From Cenococcum geophilum (taxonomy: Eukaryota): 64,000 nucleotides of DNA. The notes under the pieces were generated by a model. The model saw only the letters and a program-made list of their open reading frames with translations, was not told the DNA's origin and searched no databases. Positions 27,527 to 40,288 of this stretch are shown one piece after another (positions within the stretch are counted from its first letter, which is position 1; each line of letters begins with the position of its first letter). The stretch is taken from positions 32,302,001 through 32,366,000 of the forward strand of contig CP158635.1 of NCBI GenBank assembly GCA_050273025.1. Reading direction: 5' to 3'. Made by a program: the position numbers and the translations under genes.

Positions 27527-27953
27527 TATAACGGAACCTTATAGCAAGAACTACGGTAGGTCCTATTATTAGGCTAGGTGTATAGGAAATACAAGTATAA
27601 AAGTCAACAATGTAATAACAACTAGTGGAGTGGTTGCCTAACAGATTAACTCCAATTATATTCTAAGAATTACTATAAGGAAGGAACTATCTAGGTAGAG
27701 ACTAAGGGTCCTTAAATATATAACCGTACTCCTATAAAATCCTTCTTATACATAATATACGTATACTCTATCTACTCTGTTACGGATCACGCGGATCCTA
27801 TAGATTATATAGATTACCCTACGTGACCTCGGTTACCATTCCTCGTCATATAGTTCTATCGGCTCTATCCTAGACCGTGCTTGTATTAACCAACTAGCTT
27901 CTTCCGTCTCTTCTCTAAGTAGTCGTAATATCGTACTTAAAGCGTCTATAACA
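27527..27953 (-). repeat. Gypsy B1 5' LTR
   Basis: Followed by TSD CTAAA. Confidence 0.95.
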
Positions 27954-28084
27954 CTAAAAGTAGTATCGGCTAAGAAGCTCGTGGGTTCCTTCTTTGCTTA
28001 GGTAGCCGCTTAATTAAAGGTTATAGGCTATTTAGATTAGTTGATATTATAGATTTTTTAAGTTAGGGATAAATAGGCGACCTC

Positions 28085-28170
28085 GGCCGTCGAAAACGGA
28101 CTCTACACCTATACGTGGTAACGGCTACAAACCTAGGTCTTCGAAGTTCAGACCCAGAGCCAACGCAGAG
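28085..28170 (+). ncRNA. HDV-like self-cleaving ribozyme fold
   Basis: P1 GGCCGUC/(G)ACGGCU with G1-U wobble; P2 CUCU(G)C/GCAGAG; P3 ACC/GGU; L3 U(G)UACGU; P1.1 (G)U/AC; P4 CU(G)GGUCU/AGACCCAG; J4/2 AGCCAAC. All four mismatches are TpG>TpA. Confidence 0.85.
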
Positions 28171-29099
28171 ACGTCGCATAGCGTGCGGATAGGACCTGGT
28201 GGTGGTTGTGGGCGTTAAGGGCGGTAGTGAAAAATTTTCGGATAGTGAGATCTTAAAAACCACTACTGTTGGCCCTCTATAATACGATAACTACCACTAT
28301 TCTCCTATCTGGGGCACCTATACGATCTAACGTAGATATATAGCACTTAATAAATATCCCTAAACCTTAACTAAAAGTATTAACAACCTTATATTAACGA
28401 ACGAACGCGCGTATAAACGAACGAACAAACGAGCAAATATACGGCCCCTCCTAACCCCTAGGGCGATCGCCCGCGGAGTATACGGTCACTTGCCGTCTTA
28501 CTACCAAATACTACCTAGCAGCCTAGATTGCGACCTACGGTTTTCCCTATTGTCTTCTTTCAACGGAGTGGTAACCCTTAGGAAGGGCCTAGCTGGGGCC
28601 TAGGTACAAAAGATACCCAAATATAATATATCCCGCTCGCTTATTAGTATTATAGTAGTTAGAACGGATGAATCCCCCTTACGCCTTCGGTGGCTCTAGG
28701 GGGGGGAGGCAAGGCGTATATGGCAACGTAATGGTTATAGGAGATAGCATATAGGGGGTGGTCAAGATATAGGAAACGACCGTACGGCAATTAATTAGCA
28801 AGGCCTAGCTAGGACGTAGTAAACCCTAGCTTTAGATAAGCTAGAGAAGGAAGCAGTGGTTTCTAAGGAGTTCGAACATCCAAGGAGGACAGGACGTAGC
28901 CATAGGCCTATAGGGCCGCCGCTACGGACGGACATGGCAAATCGGGGTTTTTTATCCTACTAAGGTGGCTTATAGGGTTTTTCCTCCCCCCTAGTAGCAA
29001 GGGTTTTTTCCCGTTAATATTACTTTTCCCTTGTGTACGGAGTAGTCTACGTGGGGCTAGATAGCATCCGTATCAGACGTTAATTAAAGAAGAATTAAT
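28085..29099 (+). mobile_element. non-autonomous retroposon 1 (1015 bp; HDV-like ribozyme head, Tad1-LINE-like tail)
   Basis: Exact 15-bp TSD TAAATAGGCGACCTC (28070-28084, 29100-29114); no coding motifs; 29039-29083 matches the LINE 3' end at 34459-34503. Confidence 0.9.
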
Positions 29100-32000
29100 T
29101 AAATAGGCGACCTCTATAATAGAGCCTATTCACTTTTACTTTTAAGGCTGCTATATTAATCTAGCCTAAGCTTTAGAGGTTAGTAGGTAGTATATAGGCG
29201 CTAATAGTCTTTATAGTAATAAGTTAATATAGTAATAGGTTAACAAAGGTGTTATATACCGTAGTAATAAGCTTATTAATTTTAGGAGGTAACTTTAGTT
29301 CTATAATATAAAGCTAAGGTATAGTTAGCTCTATTATAAATAATATACCTAGGGCTAATTTTTATACTTTTAGGATCGTCTATTATTGGAACTAATTATA
29401 GAGGTTATCTTTAGACTAAATAAGGTCTTATAAGCGGCGTATTAGGCTATTAGGTTTAGTACCTTATACTCCTAGTCAATATATAATTTTAAAGTTAAAA
29501 CTAAAGAGGAACTCGTTCTAATATACTTGGCGTTAGTTTAGCTACTTTATAGTTATAAAGTACTTAAGGTTATAATGGTCCGTAAGGACTTTAGTTAGCT
29601 AGTTAGGCTTTACTAAGGAAAATTCTAGTTAGAATTCTTTAAATACTTACACAACTATAAGGAGTTCTTTATTATAGATTTTATAGTTATACTCTTATAA
29701 TATAAGCTTAGACAAGTAAAATGCGACTAGGTAAAGGAGACCGTTATTACCTATTTAGGAAAGAATACCTACGTTAACATAGTCTAAGGAGTTGGTTTTA
29801 AGATAGAGTTATTGTCTTAGTGTAAAGTAAGCTAGGATAGGTATTTTAGTAAAGGCATTTTTAAGGTCTTAAAATGCCTTCTCGTATTTAGGCGTCTAGG
29901 TAAAGCGTAGGTACGTTTTTCTTCCTTTTATAGAAAGGCCCTTCGTTTATATTATTGCTATAAGTGGTGTTACTACGCTTAAGAAGTTATATATAAATTT
30001 CTAATAGAAGTTAGCAAAACTAAGGAAGGCTTATACGTCTTTAATACAGTTAGGGGCTTACTATTTAGTAATTATATATACCTTCTTAGGGTCTATACAG
30101 ATACCTTTAATAATAATAATTAGTTTAAGATATTTTATTTCTATAACTAAGAATTTATATTTCTTTAAATTAATATAAAGTCCTATATCCCTAAGGCGCT
30201 ATAGGACCTTTTAAACGTATTTAGTATGCTTAAAAGGGTTATTGCTATAAATAAGTATATTATCTAGGTACGCAGAGTAGAAGTCATTAAGGTAGTCTTA
30301 TAAGGCGTTATTAATATAGCTTTAAAAGGTGCCTAGGCCGTTATATACGCTAAAGGGTATAATAGTATATTTAAATTGGCCAAAGCGCAATATAAATGCG
30401 GTTTTCTATTTATTACCTTCCTATATTTAAAAATAGTTAAAGGCGGCAATAATATTAAGCTTAGTATAAATTTTAGCTTGGCTAAGCCGCTTAAGGGTCT
30501 CCTATATAAGCGGTACTAGGTATTAGTTTTTAATTATAATAGTATTAAGTCCTCTATAGTTAATATAGAATTAAATACCTCCTTTTAGCTTTTTAGTAAG
30601 AAGGATAGGGGTAGCTGCTAGTAATATGCTAGGACAAATAAACCCTTTATTAAGGTACTCGTTGATATACTTTCTTATAACTAGAAGTTTATCTTTTAAT
30701 ATTAGGTAGAGTCTCTTATAAGGTAGCGTTTTCCTTTATTTAATATTAATAGTATAGTTATTAGGTTAATATAGGGGGAGTATATCCGCGCCCTTTTATA
30801 AGCATATATTAATAAAGTTACAGTACCTTTTAGGGAGGAGCTTACGGAGTTCTTTATTAGTAAGTCCTTTTTTAAGTTTTATAAACTTCTTAAAGTCTAA
30901 AGGTAAAAGTCCGTAGAGTTCTATAGAGGCGTCGTCTTTTAGAAGGTTAACTATATCTATTCTATTACTATAGAAGACATAGTCTTATTCTTTATTAAGC
31001 TTATATAGTTGTAATTAGGAAGCTATAACAACGGTCTAGCCTTTCCTACGTACTATATAGTAGAAGGTCGCGGCATTTATATAGTAGTAGTTAGTTATAG
31101 GTGGGATAATAAGGGGTTTCTTAGGTTAATATCCTAGTAAATAAATAGAGGTGGCTAGGCTATATCCTAGGCAAGTCTCTCTATAGTATTTAGAGTTAAA
31201 GGTTGCTTTTTTCTTTTCCTAGTTAATAGTAGGGTTATATTATTTAAGCTAGCTTATTTTAAGGATAATAGGGTAGTTAGTAAGTAGTATAATATAGGCT
31301 TAAAGCTCTTTCTAGTGCCCATTTATATCTAAATAGAGTTATACTATATTGGTAATCTTTTATGCGGTATAACTACTATTAGTAAGTTATAGGGCGTGGG
31401 CTTTAGTAAGGGGTAAGGTAGGTAGGTTAGAAGTACGTATAAATTAGGTATTTATAAATTAGTTAATAGTTCCGCAGTTAATTATAGAACGGCTTTTATA
31501 TTATTTTATAGCAGTAGTTCCTATTATAGGTAAAACTATCTATTTCCGTCCGTTTATCTTTACTAAGTTATCTATTAAGTAGGTCGATATATAGATCCCT
31601 TTATTATTAGGGCGTTTTAACTTACGACTTAGGGCTAGGACTTAGCGTTTTCCGCTTCTATATCTAATTCTACTGCTATTACTATATCTTTATCTTATAT
31701 AGTAGTAGCGTATAGCAACGTATTTAGTATTTAGAGTATTAGGTTAAGTATTAGGCGGTAGGTACTAAACCTAGCTATTAGGTAGTTTAGGTTATCGCAA
31801 TAATAGCCTTTTTAACGGCATTTATAGCAGCGTCATAGTTTCTAAAGTAGCTCGCGCTTTCTATCTAGGAGTTTTTACGGAAAGGTTAGTATAGAGAGAT
31901 TAATATTAGCTCTAGTGGTACTTAAGATAATAGGCGTTAGTGGCTTAGTATATATAGGTTTAGTAGGCCCGGAGGGCTTCTATAGAGAGGTCTTTAAGTA

Positions 32001-32268
32001 AGGGTTAGCAGTAGTAATCTAATTTAGTTATTGTTTAATCTTCTATAAGGCTGCTACTATCTTATAAATATCATTATAGTTATAGCTAGCGGCTACGTAA
32101 CTAAGGCAATAAGTAACCTTTTTAAAGAGATCCTCTTAGTCTTTGGTATTATCTTAGGTAAGGGCTTTAGTATATTCCTAGAATTTAATATAGAACTTAT
32201 TAAATAATTTAGTAGGGCTTATCTTTAGGGTATATAGTTTAGCTTAGTTAGTAGCTAGTAGGTTATAG

Positions 32269-32512
32269 TGTGGTGGTGTAGATTGGACGTCGCCTACTAT
32301 CTTGGCATTTTCCTATATTTATAGAGCCTTTAGCTTCCTTCCTTCTTCCCTTTATAATATGCATATCACGACCCTACTAGTTATAGGAAATACACTCTTT
32401 TCTTTCTTTCTTACTAACTATTCTACTAACTGATTATAACTAACTGACTAACCGACAGACAGATAGACCGCACTGTGACTTTCCTATCTTAAAGAGGTCG
32501 TACCCTCCCACA
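32269..32512. mobile_element. solo LTR (244 bp) in the gag of Gypsy A
   Basis: TGTGG...CCACA ends; 4-bp ATAG duplication; gag sequence is continuous across it. Confidence 0.75.
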
Positions 32513-33608
32513 ATAGTCGCGGTATATTAGGTTAAGATTATTAAGGACTTTTTAGTAAGACTGCTACTTTTAGGGGCTACTAGTCTCCTATTAGGCAAAG
32601 AGTCTATTAAATAGTATACCTTTTATTTGCCTAATAATATAGCTAATCTTTGTATCTTCCGTAGGAAAAAGGAAGGCGCTCTAAGTTAGTTTCTCGCGGA
32701 TTTATATCTTCTAGTAGCTATATTCCTTATAGTCTCCTTAAAAGACTAGGGGATTAAGGTAGTATATATTAGACCCTATGGTAGTAGTTTAGTTCTAATT
32801 ATTATAGCTTTTATTATTACTGCTTTAGTAGGGGTTCCTATTAGGTAAAGCTACTTAGCGCTAACCTTCTATTAAGTATTAAGTAGGTAAAGTTGCTAGG
32901 GGCGTAAAGACTTAGGTGGCGTTATATATAGTAAAGAGATATCTAGCGTTATTATAAATATACTCATTAAGCTAAGATTATAGGTATTTAATTATGCCTT
33001 CTTTTTTAGTAACTGTAGTAATTAGTGCAATCTTATTCTTCTTTAACTATTAGACGTCGCGTTTAGATACGCAGAGGTTATCTTTAGTTTCTTAATATAT
33101 ATTATTGGCGAGCGCCTTATAAGCTTATAGGTCTTAGATAATATCGCTATCTTAAGCAGTATATATCTTAGCTTATATAAGCTTTAGGTAGTAGTTCTAT
33201 AAAAGGCGGTAGTATTTATTAGGTTTTTATGCTACTATTTTTATAAACATCTTAACATCTCGTATTTTAATTTTAATAGGTAGTAGCCTTTCCGTTTACT
33301 TATTTGTAGTTATATAGTTAATAAAAGATAAGATATTATTAGTATCTATCTCTTTAGGGGTTAAGGCTAGGGCTAATAAATTAAATTCTCCTAGGATTGA
33401 TTGGCGTTATAGGTTAAGTATAAGTATTAGATTATTCTTTGGGTTTAATATAATAGCTAGTAAGGAATATTATCTTACTATTATAGGTTCCTTAAAAGTA
33501 TAAAGTAAGGTAATTTATAGACACGCTGCTTTTAGTAGCGCCTATAGTATTATAGAGACGTAGAATTAGTTATAGGCTAAGCGTTAGTGGTAAAAAGGTG
33601 TAACGTAA

Positions 33609-33801
33609 TGTTATGGAACGTAGGCAGTGGCTATAGAGCGTATGTATTTAAGGAGTCTATAAGACGTTACGCGATTAATTATAAGGGTCGAGGGCGTAAG
33701 GAGGTAATATACCTACGCGTAGCTAATATAAGCTATATGCGAGGTGTATGCAAGAGCACGGAGCTCTCCTATGGAGGCCCCTATAGTGGGGTTCCGTAAT
33801 A
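33609..33801 (-). repeat. Gypsy A 5' LTR
   Basis: Pairs with 10241-10433. Confidence 0.95.
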
Positions 33802-34619
33802 GGGGGAGATATATAAGTATAGTGTGGGTAAATAAAGCTACTAAACGCGTAAATATTAAAGGAGAAGAAGAGAGCTCTATATTATAGAATTAAAATTATA
33901 ATAGGCCTTTTTATATAAATTAGAAGCTTAATATAAGCTAGCGCGTATATAAGAATAGGAGAGGGTTAAAAAATAGATTATTAAAGCGACGGTAAGGTTA
34001 AAGGCGCGCTAAGGCCCTTTATACTAACCTAGTACTAGCCTAGGCCTTAAAAACGCGTCTAAAAAGTAGGGGCTACTACTTAGGGGGGGAATATTTAGAC
34101 AATATATCGCGGACCTTAGGAGGTTATACTTAACCTAAGGTTATGCCAAGCCTAACCCGGACCTCTAATATCTCTATAGATCTTAATATTACCTAATTCT
34201 ATATACTCTTAAAAACTAATAAATAAAGTAATAATATATAAAAGCGCGACGTGTTCCTTTTAGCTTATACTTATACTTTATAACCTCTAGCTTATCCGTC
34301 TTCATTATTTACTATTAAGTATTAATAATACCTGTAATTACAATTAATGTTTTCTAAAAAAAGAGAAATAGAATAAAAGGCGAATTTTTTTTCCTAATGT
34401 TTTACGACCGGTTTTTAGAGATGGGATATTAATAATAATAATAATAATAATTCATTGCTTAACGTCCGATACGGATCCCTATTAGGCCCACGCGGACTAC
34501 TCCTTATTTATATATAGGGAGAAAACTCTATTTAAGAAAATGAGAAAACCCCGTAATCCATCTCCCCGCCTTTTAGGACTTAACAACTTAGCGCCTATAA
34601 GTCGCCTATAAGTCGCCTA

Positions 34620-37600
34620 TAGTGCTCTACTACCTTACTTTTTAACCTCCTTAGGAACTACTGCTGCCGTAACAAGCTTACGGACGCGCTAGTATTATAC
34701 ACTTTACTCTACCACTATAGAGTTATTAGGGGGCGCCTGCTGCTCGCCCCTTTACCTTCTATTACTATTTCCTTTATAACCTAGAACTAATTTAGCACAC
34801 TTTAGCTAATAAGCCACTAGGTAACCGCCTTAAGACCTTTTTATATTAAGAGCAGTGTATTATAGTTCTCTATACTAGCTACTAAGAGCATTACCTCTTA
34901 GTTGGTGCGTAAGGGGCATAACAGTATTACGTGTTTTGGTGTCTGTCTTAACCAGCCACATTTACATCTTAGGCTACCTACTAGAACACCCACCCAGTAG
35001 AGCCAATCTTTTAGTCCTATTACTCCTATTCTTATAAGTATTGCCATTATATTTTCTACCTTTATTAGGCCTTTACAGAGCCCTTAAGTATTTACCCCCT
35101 ATAGCGTTAACTATACTATGGCTTGGGTTTCTCTTACCTAAGTCAGCCTCTAAACCTTTAACTCCTATATACCTCTCCAGCGTTAGTCTAACCAGTATTA
35201 CATTACGGTAGATAGTTTCCCGGCATTCTTCCATGCTCTACTTTAGCTCCTTTCTCTCTCTTACTATTATCTTTACTGGCCTCTTACGCGTCTCCCTTCC
35301 TCCTCTATATAGGCCTAGGCCCTAAAGCAGCACTATTCTTCTTCTACTTTCTTTACCTGCTTCTCTAATATATCTTCCCTACTTTAGGGTTATTAGTTTA
35401 TTCTCCTGCGGGGCGCCCTAGGGTCCCTCCATAGTTTATTTAGGCGTGTCTTAATATACTTTATAACATTAAAGTTGCGTTCATTTTACGCCCTTTATAT
35501 TACAGCGGCTTCAATATATAGTTATAGGGGGGGAATATTAGCTTCCTTCTCAAGTAGTACTGTGGCCGTTCGCTTATACCCGTCTATTATACTCTAAAGG
35601 CAGGCTGTTTAGACCTTTTAAAGTAGTTTAAGGAGTAATTTAGGAGGGCCTTTCTTAGTTTCTCTAATGGCCCAGATGCTGGATCTATACGTCATAGTTA
35701 GCCAGACAACTGCTGTATATAGTAGGCGTAACTTCTAGAAGCATGGGCCCTATATAGAATTAACGATCCTAGATAATACAATATACTATACTTAGCCCTT
35801 ACGGGCCGCTTACGCCGTATATACGCTCCACCAGAGCTTACTGTCTACCCATACTCCTAATACCCTTAGGCCCTAAACTAGTTAGCCCCCAAAGCCTTAA
35901 ATGTAAATTATATACTAAAGATCTATAGATTAGTTATGTTTTCTTATAAAATGGATTAGCTAGTATTTCTCTAGTAAGAATTAGACTCCATATCGTCTTG
36001 CCCATTCTACGTAGGTATTATAGGCTTTCTCTGGTATTCTACAATTCTCTACAGCTGTTGGCCCGTATATAATTAGGTTTATATCATTAACGAAGCCTAT
36101 CCCCTAGGTCGCCCCTTCCTTAAAGGAGTTAAGTAGGTTGCTTACAAAGAAAAGGAAGAGTATAGGCAAAAGGGGTGATCCTTATAGTATTCCTATTACA
36201 ACTATAATAGGGGGGCTCTAGTATCCGCTAAAGACCAGTAATATTTCTTTCTAGCCTATAAAACCTTAAACAAATTATATAATCCATTCTAGGAAGCCCT
36301 TTGCCCTAAGGATATATAGGAGGCGCTTATAGGGTACATTATCGTAGGCACTACTGATGTTAAGGCTAAGCATTAATACTACAAAGTCCTTTCGCATCGC
36401 CCATACAGATTTAATAGTAGCAGCGAGTAGCGTAAGTGCTGATAGTGTTAAGCGGTTCTTTCTTGCCCCCATTTAGCTTTGTAGTAGTAAAGCGTATTCC
36501 TCTACTATATCTACTATACATTCCGCTATTACCCTTTCTAAGATCTTACTAAGGGTGTTTTCTAAAGCAATAGGGCGGTAGCTTCCTAGGATTAAGTAAT
36601 CTACTTTACCTTCTTTTTATAGGACAACCGTCATTATAGATCTTCCGAGTTATGGGTAGTAGCCTATAGCAAAGCATGCTCTGGCTATATCTGCAAGCCA
36701 AAGTGCTATAAGTAGCCCACAGGTTTTTAGGGCCTTATTTAGAATCCCGTCTAGTCCTAGTACTATATTATTTAAAAGGCGGCTAATAGTTCTAGCCATT
36801 TCCTCTATTATTATGTCGCTGTCGACCCGCAGGCGAGTCACCAGTATTTCACCCGTGATATCACTAAGGTCTACTAGAGCCGGTTAAAGAAAGAACCTTT
36901 CTATAAGGATCTTTACCTTCTTATCATTATTATTTATGGCCTATAATTCTCCTACTCTTCGTAGGGGTAGTAGGTGTAGGTCTTCTACTAGGCGCCCTAC
37001 CTTTTTCTTTACCCATTTTGCTATAGCCCAAAGGCCCTTATTATAGGGGAGGCTCGGGTTAAAAGTATGCTCGTTTATAAGCCATATCCAGTTATTCCTT
37101 ACTTCTTTTTTTAGGGTATTCTTTAGCTAGTTTCTTGTGTCTTTATATCATCTCTTATCTTTAGGGTCATAGCTGCTTATATATTTCCTTCTTGCTCATT
37201 ATTAGCTGGCAACTAGAACTGCGCATTATATAAACCATACGTATCGCGCGTAGGGGCCCGGTTTTAAGACCAGGCAGTACTCTTCTAGCCCATTTTTAAT
37301 CGCTGCCTAAATCCTTTCTAGTCTTCGGTCAATTTCCTTAGGGGTGGCTAATAAGCCTCGCTCGTTTGGTATTAAATAGATTTCTTCTAGGTCTTAGAGT
37401 TATTATTTAACTATATTAAGGAAACTGTCTATCTTAAGCTTCCTTATTACGTATCTTTTTCTATTTAGTTACACTTTAGTATCTAGGTCTAGCTGTATCT
37501 AGATAGGGATATAATCTAGGGTAAGTGCCCATTCTTCTTTAGGGTTGCACCTTTCAAGTCTCTAATATAGGCCTTCGTCTATAAATATAAGGTCAATTAT

Positions 37601-38170
37601 ACTTCTGGCGGTGCCTCGTTGCCATATAATTACTCCTAGGGGGGTGGCTAGCTTAAGGCCCCAGATATCCATAGCTCTTAGTAGGCACTCTAACTATTAA
37701 TCTGCAGCAACATAGATACCCCCCCACCGCGGGTAGTAGAGGTTTATATCTCCTAATAAAATAGACTCTATACCTTTGGTTTCTAATAAGCTTATTACTA
37801 ATATAATATTCTCTATTTATGGGACCCCTTTAACCCTAAGGTTATACACATTAATAATTTATACCAGTCCCCTATATATTTGGATTATTATAATTACAAT
37901 ATCTAGGTTAACTGTCTGCCATAACCATAAGGATAGGCTAATAGCCTTACTAATTATAAAGCACACGCGTATAGCTGCTTTTAGTTCATATAGGAGCTGG
38001 AATCCTTAGGGGCAGTATATTAATTATATAAAGGTATTATAATACGGCTCTTATATAGCAAGGATATAGTATTTCTCTAGGTCTAGACTATCTAGTAGGG
38101 GCCTTACAAGACGGTGGTTTATATTGCCGCAGTTATACTATATAATGAATAGGTGGCGGACCCCCAGTAA
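34620..38170 (-). pseudogene. LINE ORF2 (APE endonuclease, RT, C-terminal CCHC)
   Basis: II(Q)YNC ~38140; GI(PQ)GSPL.PILF ~36180; IGFV(D)DINL ~36090; CKCGW..QTPKHV..LC ~34940; ORF-track fragments 36275-36472 and 36650-36841. Confidence 0.88.
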
Positions 38171-38179
38171 GGGTCCTTT

Positions 38180-39874
38180 AACTCTCCTTCATTCCTCGCT
38201 TCTTCTATTTCCACTTTCTCTAGAATATTTAGAGCTTCTGTCTCTTATATCTACACCCTAATTACTACTCATTTTATATAGAGCTTTCTATTCCCATGTC
38301 TTATATTCCTATTAGCGCTTTTATATCTAAATCTATTATTATTACCGGTTCTTCCCCTATTCTTACTAGTCGGCTATATGCCCTTTATAGGTTAGCTATA
38401 AATATTATATTTGCCGCGTTAAGTCTAATTCTTAATTGTCCTGGTCTTAAGCCTACTATCGCTGTCTATAGGGGTCTTCCTACGGGGCGTCCTCTCCCTT
38501 ATATCCCCTGTGACCCTTATATCCCTAATTAGTCTAATAATATTACGCAGCGTCGCTTCTGGCCTATTAAGGCTTGGGATAGCTAGCCTAGCCCTCTAGT
38601 ATTAAAGGTAGGAAACGCTAGAAAGGCACCTATGTCCCCCTAGCTTATCGCCTGTTATTTCCATTCGTATAACCTAGCGTGCAGTTATTCCCACAGCTGT
38701 TAAGCCCTTGCCTTCCGTCTCCTGTATTTAATACAGTCTTCTCTCTCCCACGCCTTATATGTGCTTTAGTGGCAGTTTACGCATTTTATTTAGTCTTAAT
38801 TTAAGCAATATCTTATATTATAGGGGCCTGCACAGTGGCCGTAGCACACCTATACTGCGCATATAGATTAGGTGTATCCCTATTATACACAGCAATAGCA
38901 TCATTCTAGGCGTAGTCTGTGGTTGTAGAGCCTTATATTATATATAAGGCCATTTATAATTATTCCTTTTTAGATAAGGAGTTTTTGCATTCCTAGTATA
39001 TATATACTAATAATAAGGGAGCTATATATTTATCCGGCGTCTCCCTAGCAAGTCTCCGGCAACCCTTATATCCTCTTATTATTCTTATTATATATTTAGT
39101 TTACATTTTCCTATTAAAGCTATTAGATTTAGGTAATTCCGAGTCCTAGTATAAGGCGTTCCGTTTATCTTACTATCTCCTATATAATTACTATGTTATC
39201 CGCCTAGCGTCCCTTTTCTACCCTAAGGCTTATAGGAACCGCTAGGACTTTAACTAGGTAATCCTCACAGAGTACTTTTATGCCAATACATTTTCCTAGC
39301 CTATCCCCTACCCTTATAGCTCATTCCTTTACCTATTAGTCCTTTAGGGTAACTCTAATATCTCCGCTCTTAAAGTGTCGGACTATAACAGCGTTATAGA
39401 CCTCTTTATAAATCTCTATAAGGACTTCTGTTTCTAATTATCCCCTAAGCCCCTCTGCTTATTCTATATTTAGTTATATTATAATTATATACCTAGTTAT
39501 TAACTTAAGGGGGGTAGGTTCCCTATGCTATAAAAGCGCAGCTACGGCGGCCTAGGTGCGGTTCGCCGGTAAGGGGGGGTTATACTTATTTTTAATTTTG
39601 CTTAGCCGTTAGAGGATTTAGTTAAGGGTTTACTAAAGGGGCGCCTAAGGTTCGCTGGACTAGCGGAGCCATTCTGCTAGCTATATTAGTTCATTATAGC
39701 TAACAGTTACTCCCCTACAATTCTGGATACTAGACGCGTCTAATAGGCTTTATATTTTATCAGATGCCTTCTTAATAGAGGTATTTCCGCTTTATAGTGT
39801 GGTATTCGCCCGTCTTTATTGTAGAGGGCCATTACTAGGCGTAGTTCTGGCGGTCGCGCGCGAGTGCGAGCCAT
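38180..39874 (-). pseudogene. LINE ORF1 (gag-like, CCHC knuckles)
   Basis: ATG at 39874 (MARTRARPP..); Cys/His knuckles ~38900-38730. Confidence 0.75.
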
Positions 39875-40074
39875 CGTCGTTTAACGTGTGCCTCCCCTGC
39901 AATGCATGCATCTCAGGGGGATTCTCTGGGTGTTTTTCAGGGTTCTTTTAGTTAGTTTTAGTCTTTTTAGGCCGGGTACAGCAAGAGCTCCTTCCTAGCA
40001 GTGCATTAGCGCAACAATTATAGAGATAGGATATTAAAATTTATCTAAATCCAGCAAGTTTCACATCTTAATAC

Positions 40075-40288
40075 TGTTAGTAACATAAGATAATATTATA
40101 TATCTATAGGTTGTAGGTAGTATAATAGTTGTTGTTTTTTGTCTCTCTATTTCTAAGGAAGGGCGAGGAGCTTAAGGCTCCTCGCCACGCTAGTGCCGCG
40201 GCGACACGTAACGGTAACTTGCCTTACGTAACGGCAACATACCTTATATAACGGCAACTTGCCTTATATAATGGCCTTATTCCTAACA
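40075..40288 (-). repeat. Copia C1 3' LTR (214 bp)
   Basis: Reverse complement similar to the C2 LTRs, with one extra internal repeat unit. Confidence 0.88.

Larger units (their letters stand above)
12016..27953 (-). mobile_element. Ty3/Gypsy chromovirus B1 (~8.0 kb without B2), inserted in the integrase of A
   Basis: 427-bp LTRs at 12016-12442 and 27527-27953; exact TSD CTAAA; PPT next to 12443; gag-PR-RT-RH-IN-chromodomain on the minus strand. Confidence 0.95.
10241..33801 (-). mobile_element. Ty3/Gypsy chromovirus A (~6.3 kb without nested inserts)
   Basis: 193-bp LTR pair; TSD GAGGG/GGGGG; PPT 10434-10447; RT AYLD(D)ILIYS ~30260; integrase ~11400-12000 and ~27960-29200; chromodomain ~10790-10950. 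Confidence 0.92.
34431..40020 (-). mobile_element. full-length Tad1-like LINE (~5.6 kb), RIP-inactivated
   Basis: 15-bp TSD TAGAGAT(G/A)GGATATT (34416-34430, 40021-40035); (TTA)n tail; ORF1 and ORF2 motifs. Confidence 0.93.

Noticed and set aside
28085..28170. tRNA- or 5S-derived SINE head
   Set aside because: No convincing A/B boxes or cloverleaf; the HDV topology explains nearly every base.
28063..28263. 66-aa minus-strand ORF
   Set aside because: It is antisense to the ribozyme head and crosses the insertion junction; a chance ORF in GC-richer sequence.
33587..33799. 70-aa ORF
   Set aside because: It lies within the Gypsy A LTR and is broken in the partner LTR.
37776..38532. two plus-strand ORFs
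   Set aside because: Antisense shadows of LINE ORF1/ORF2.
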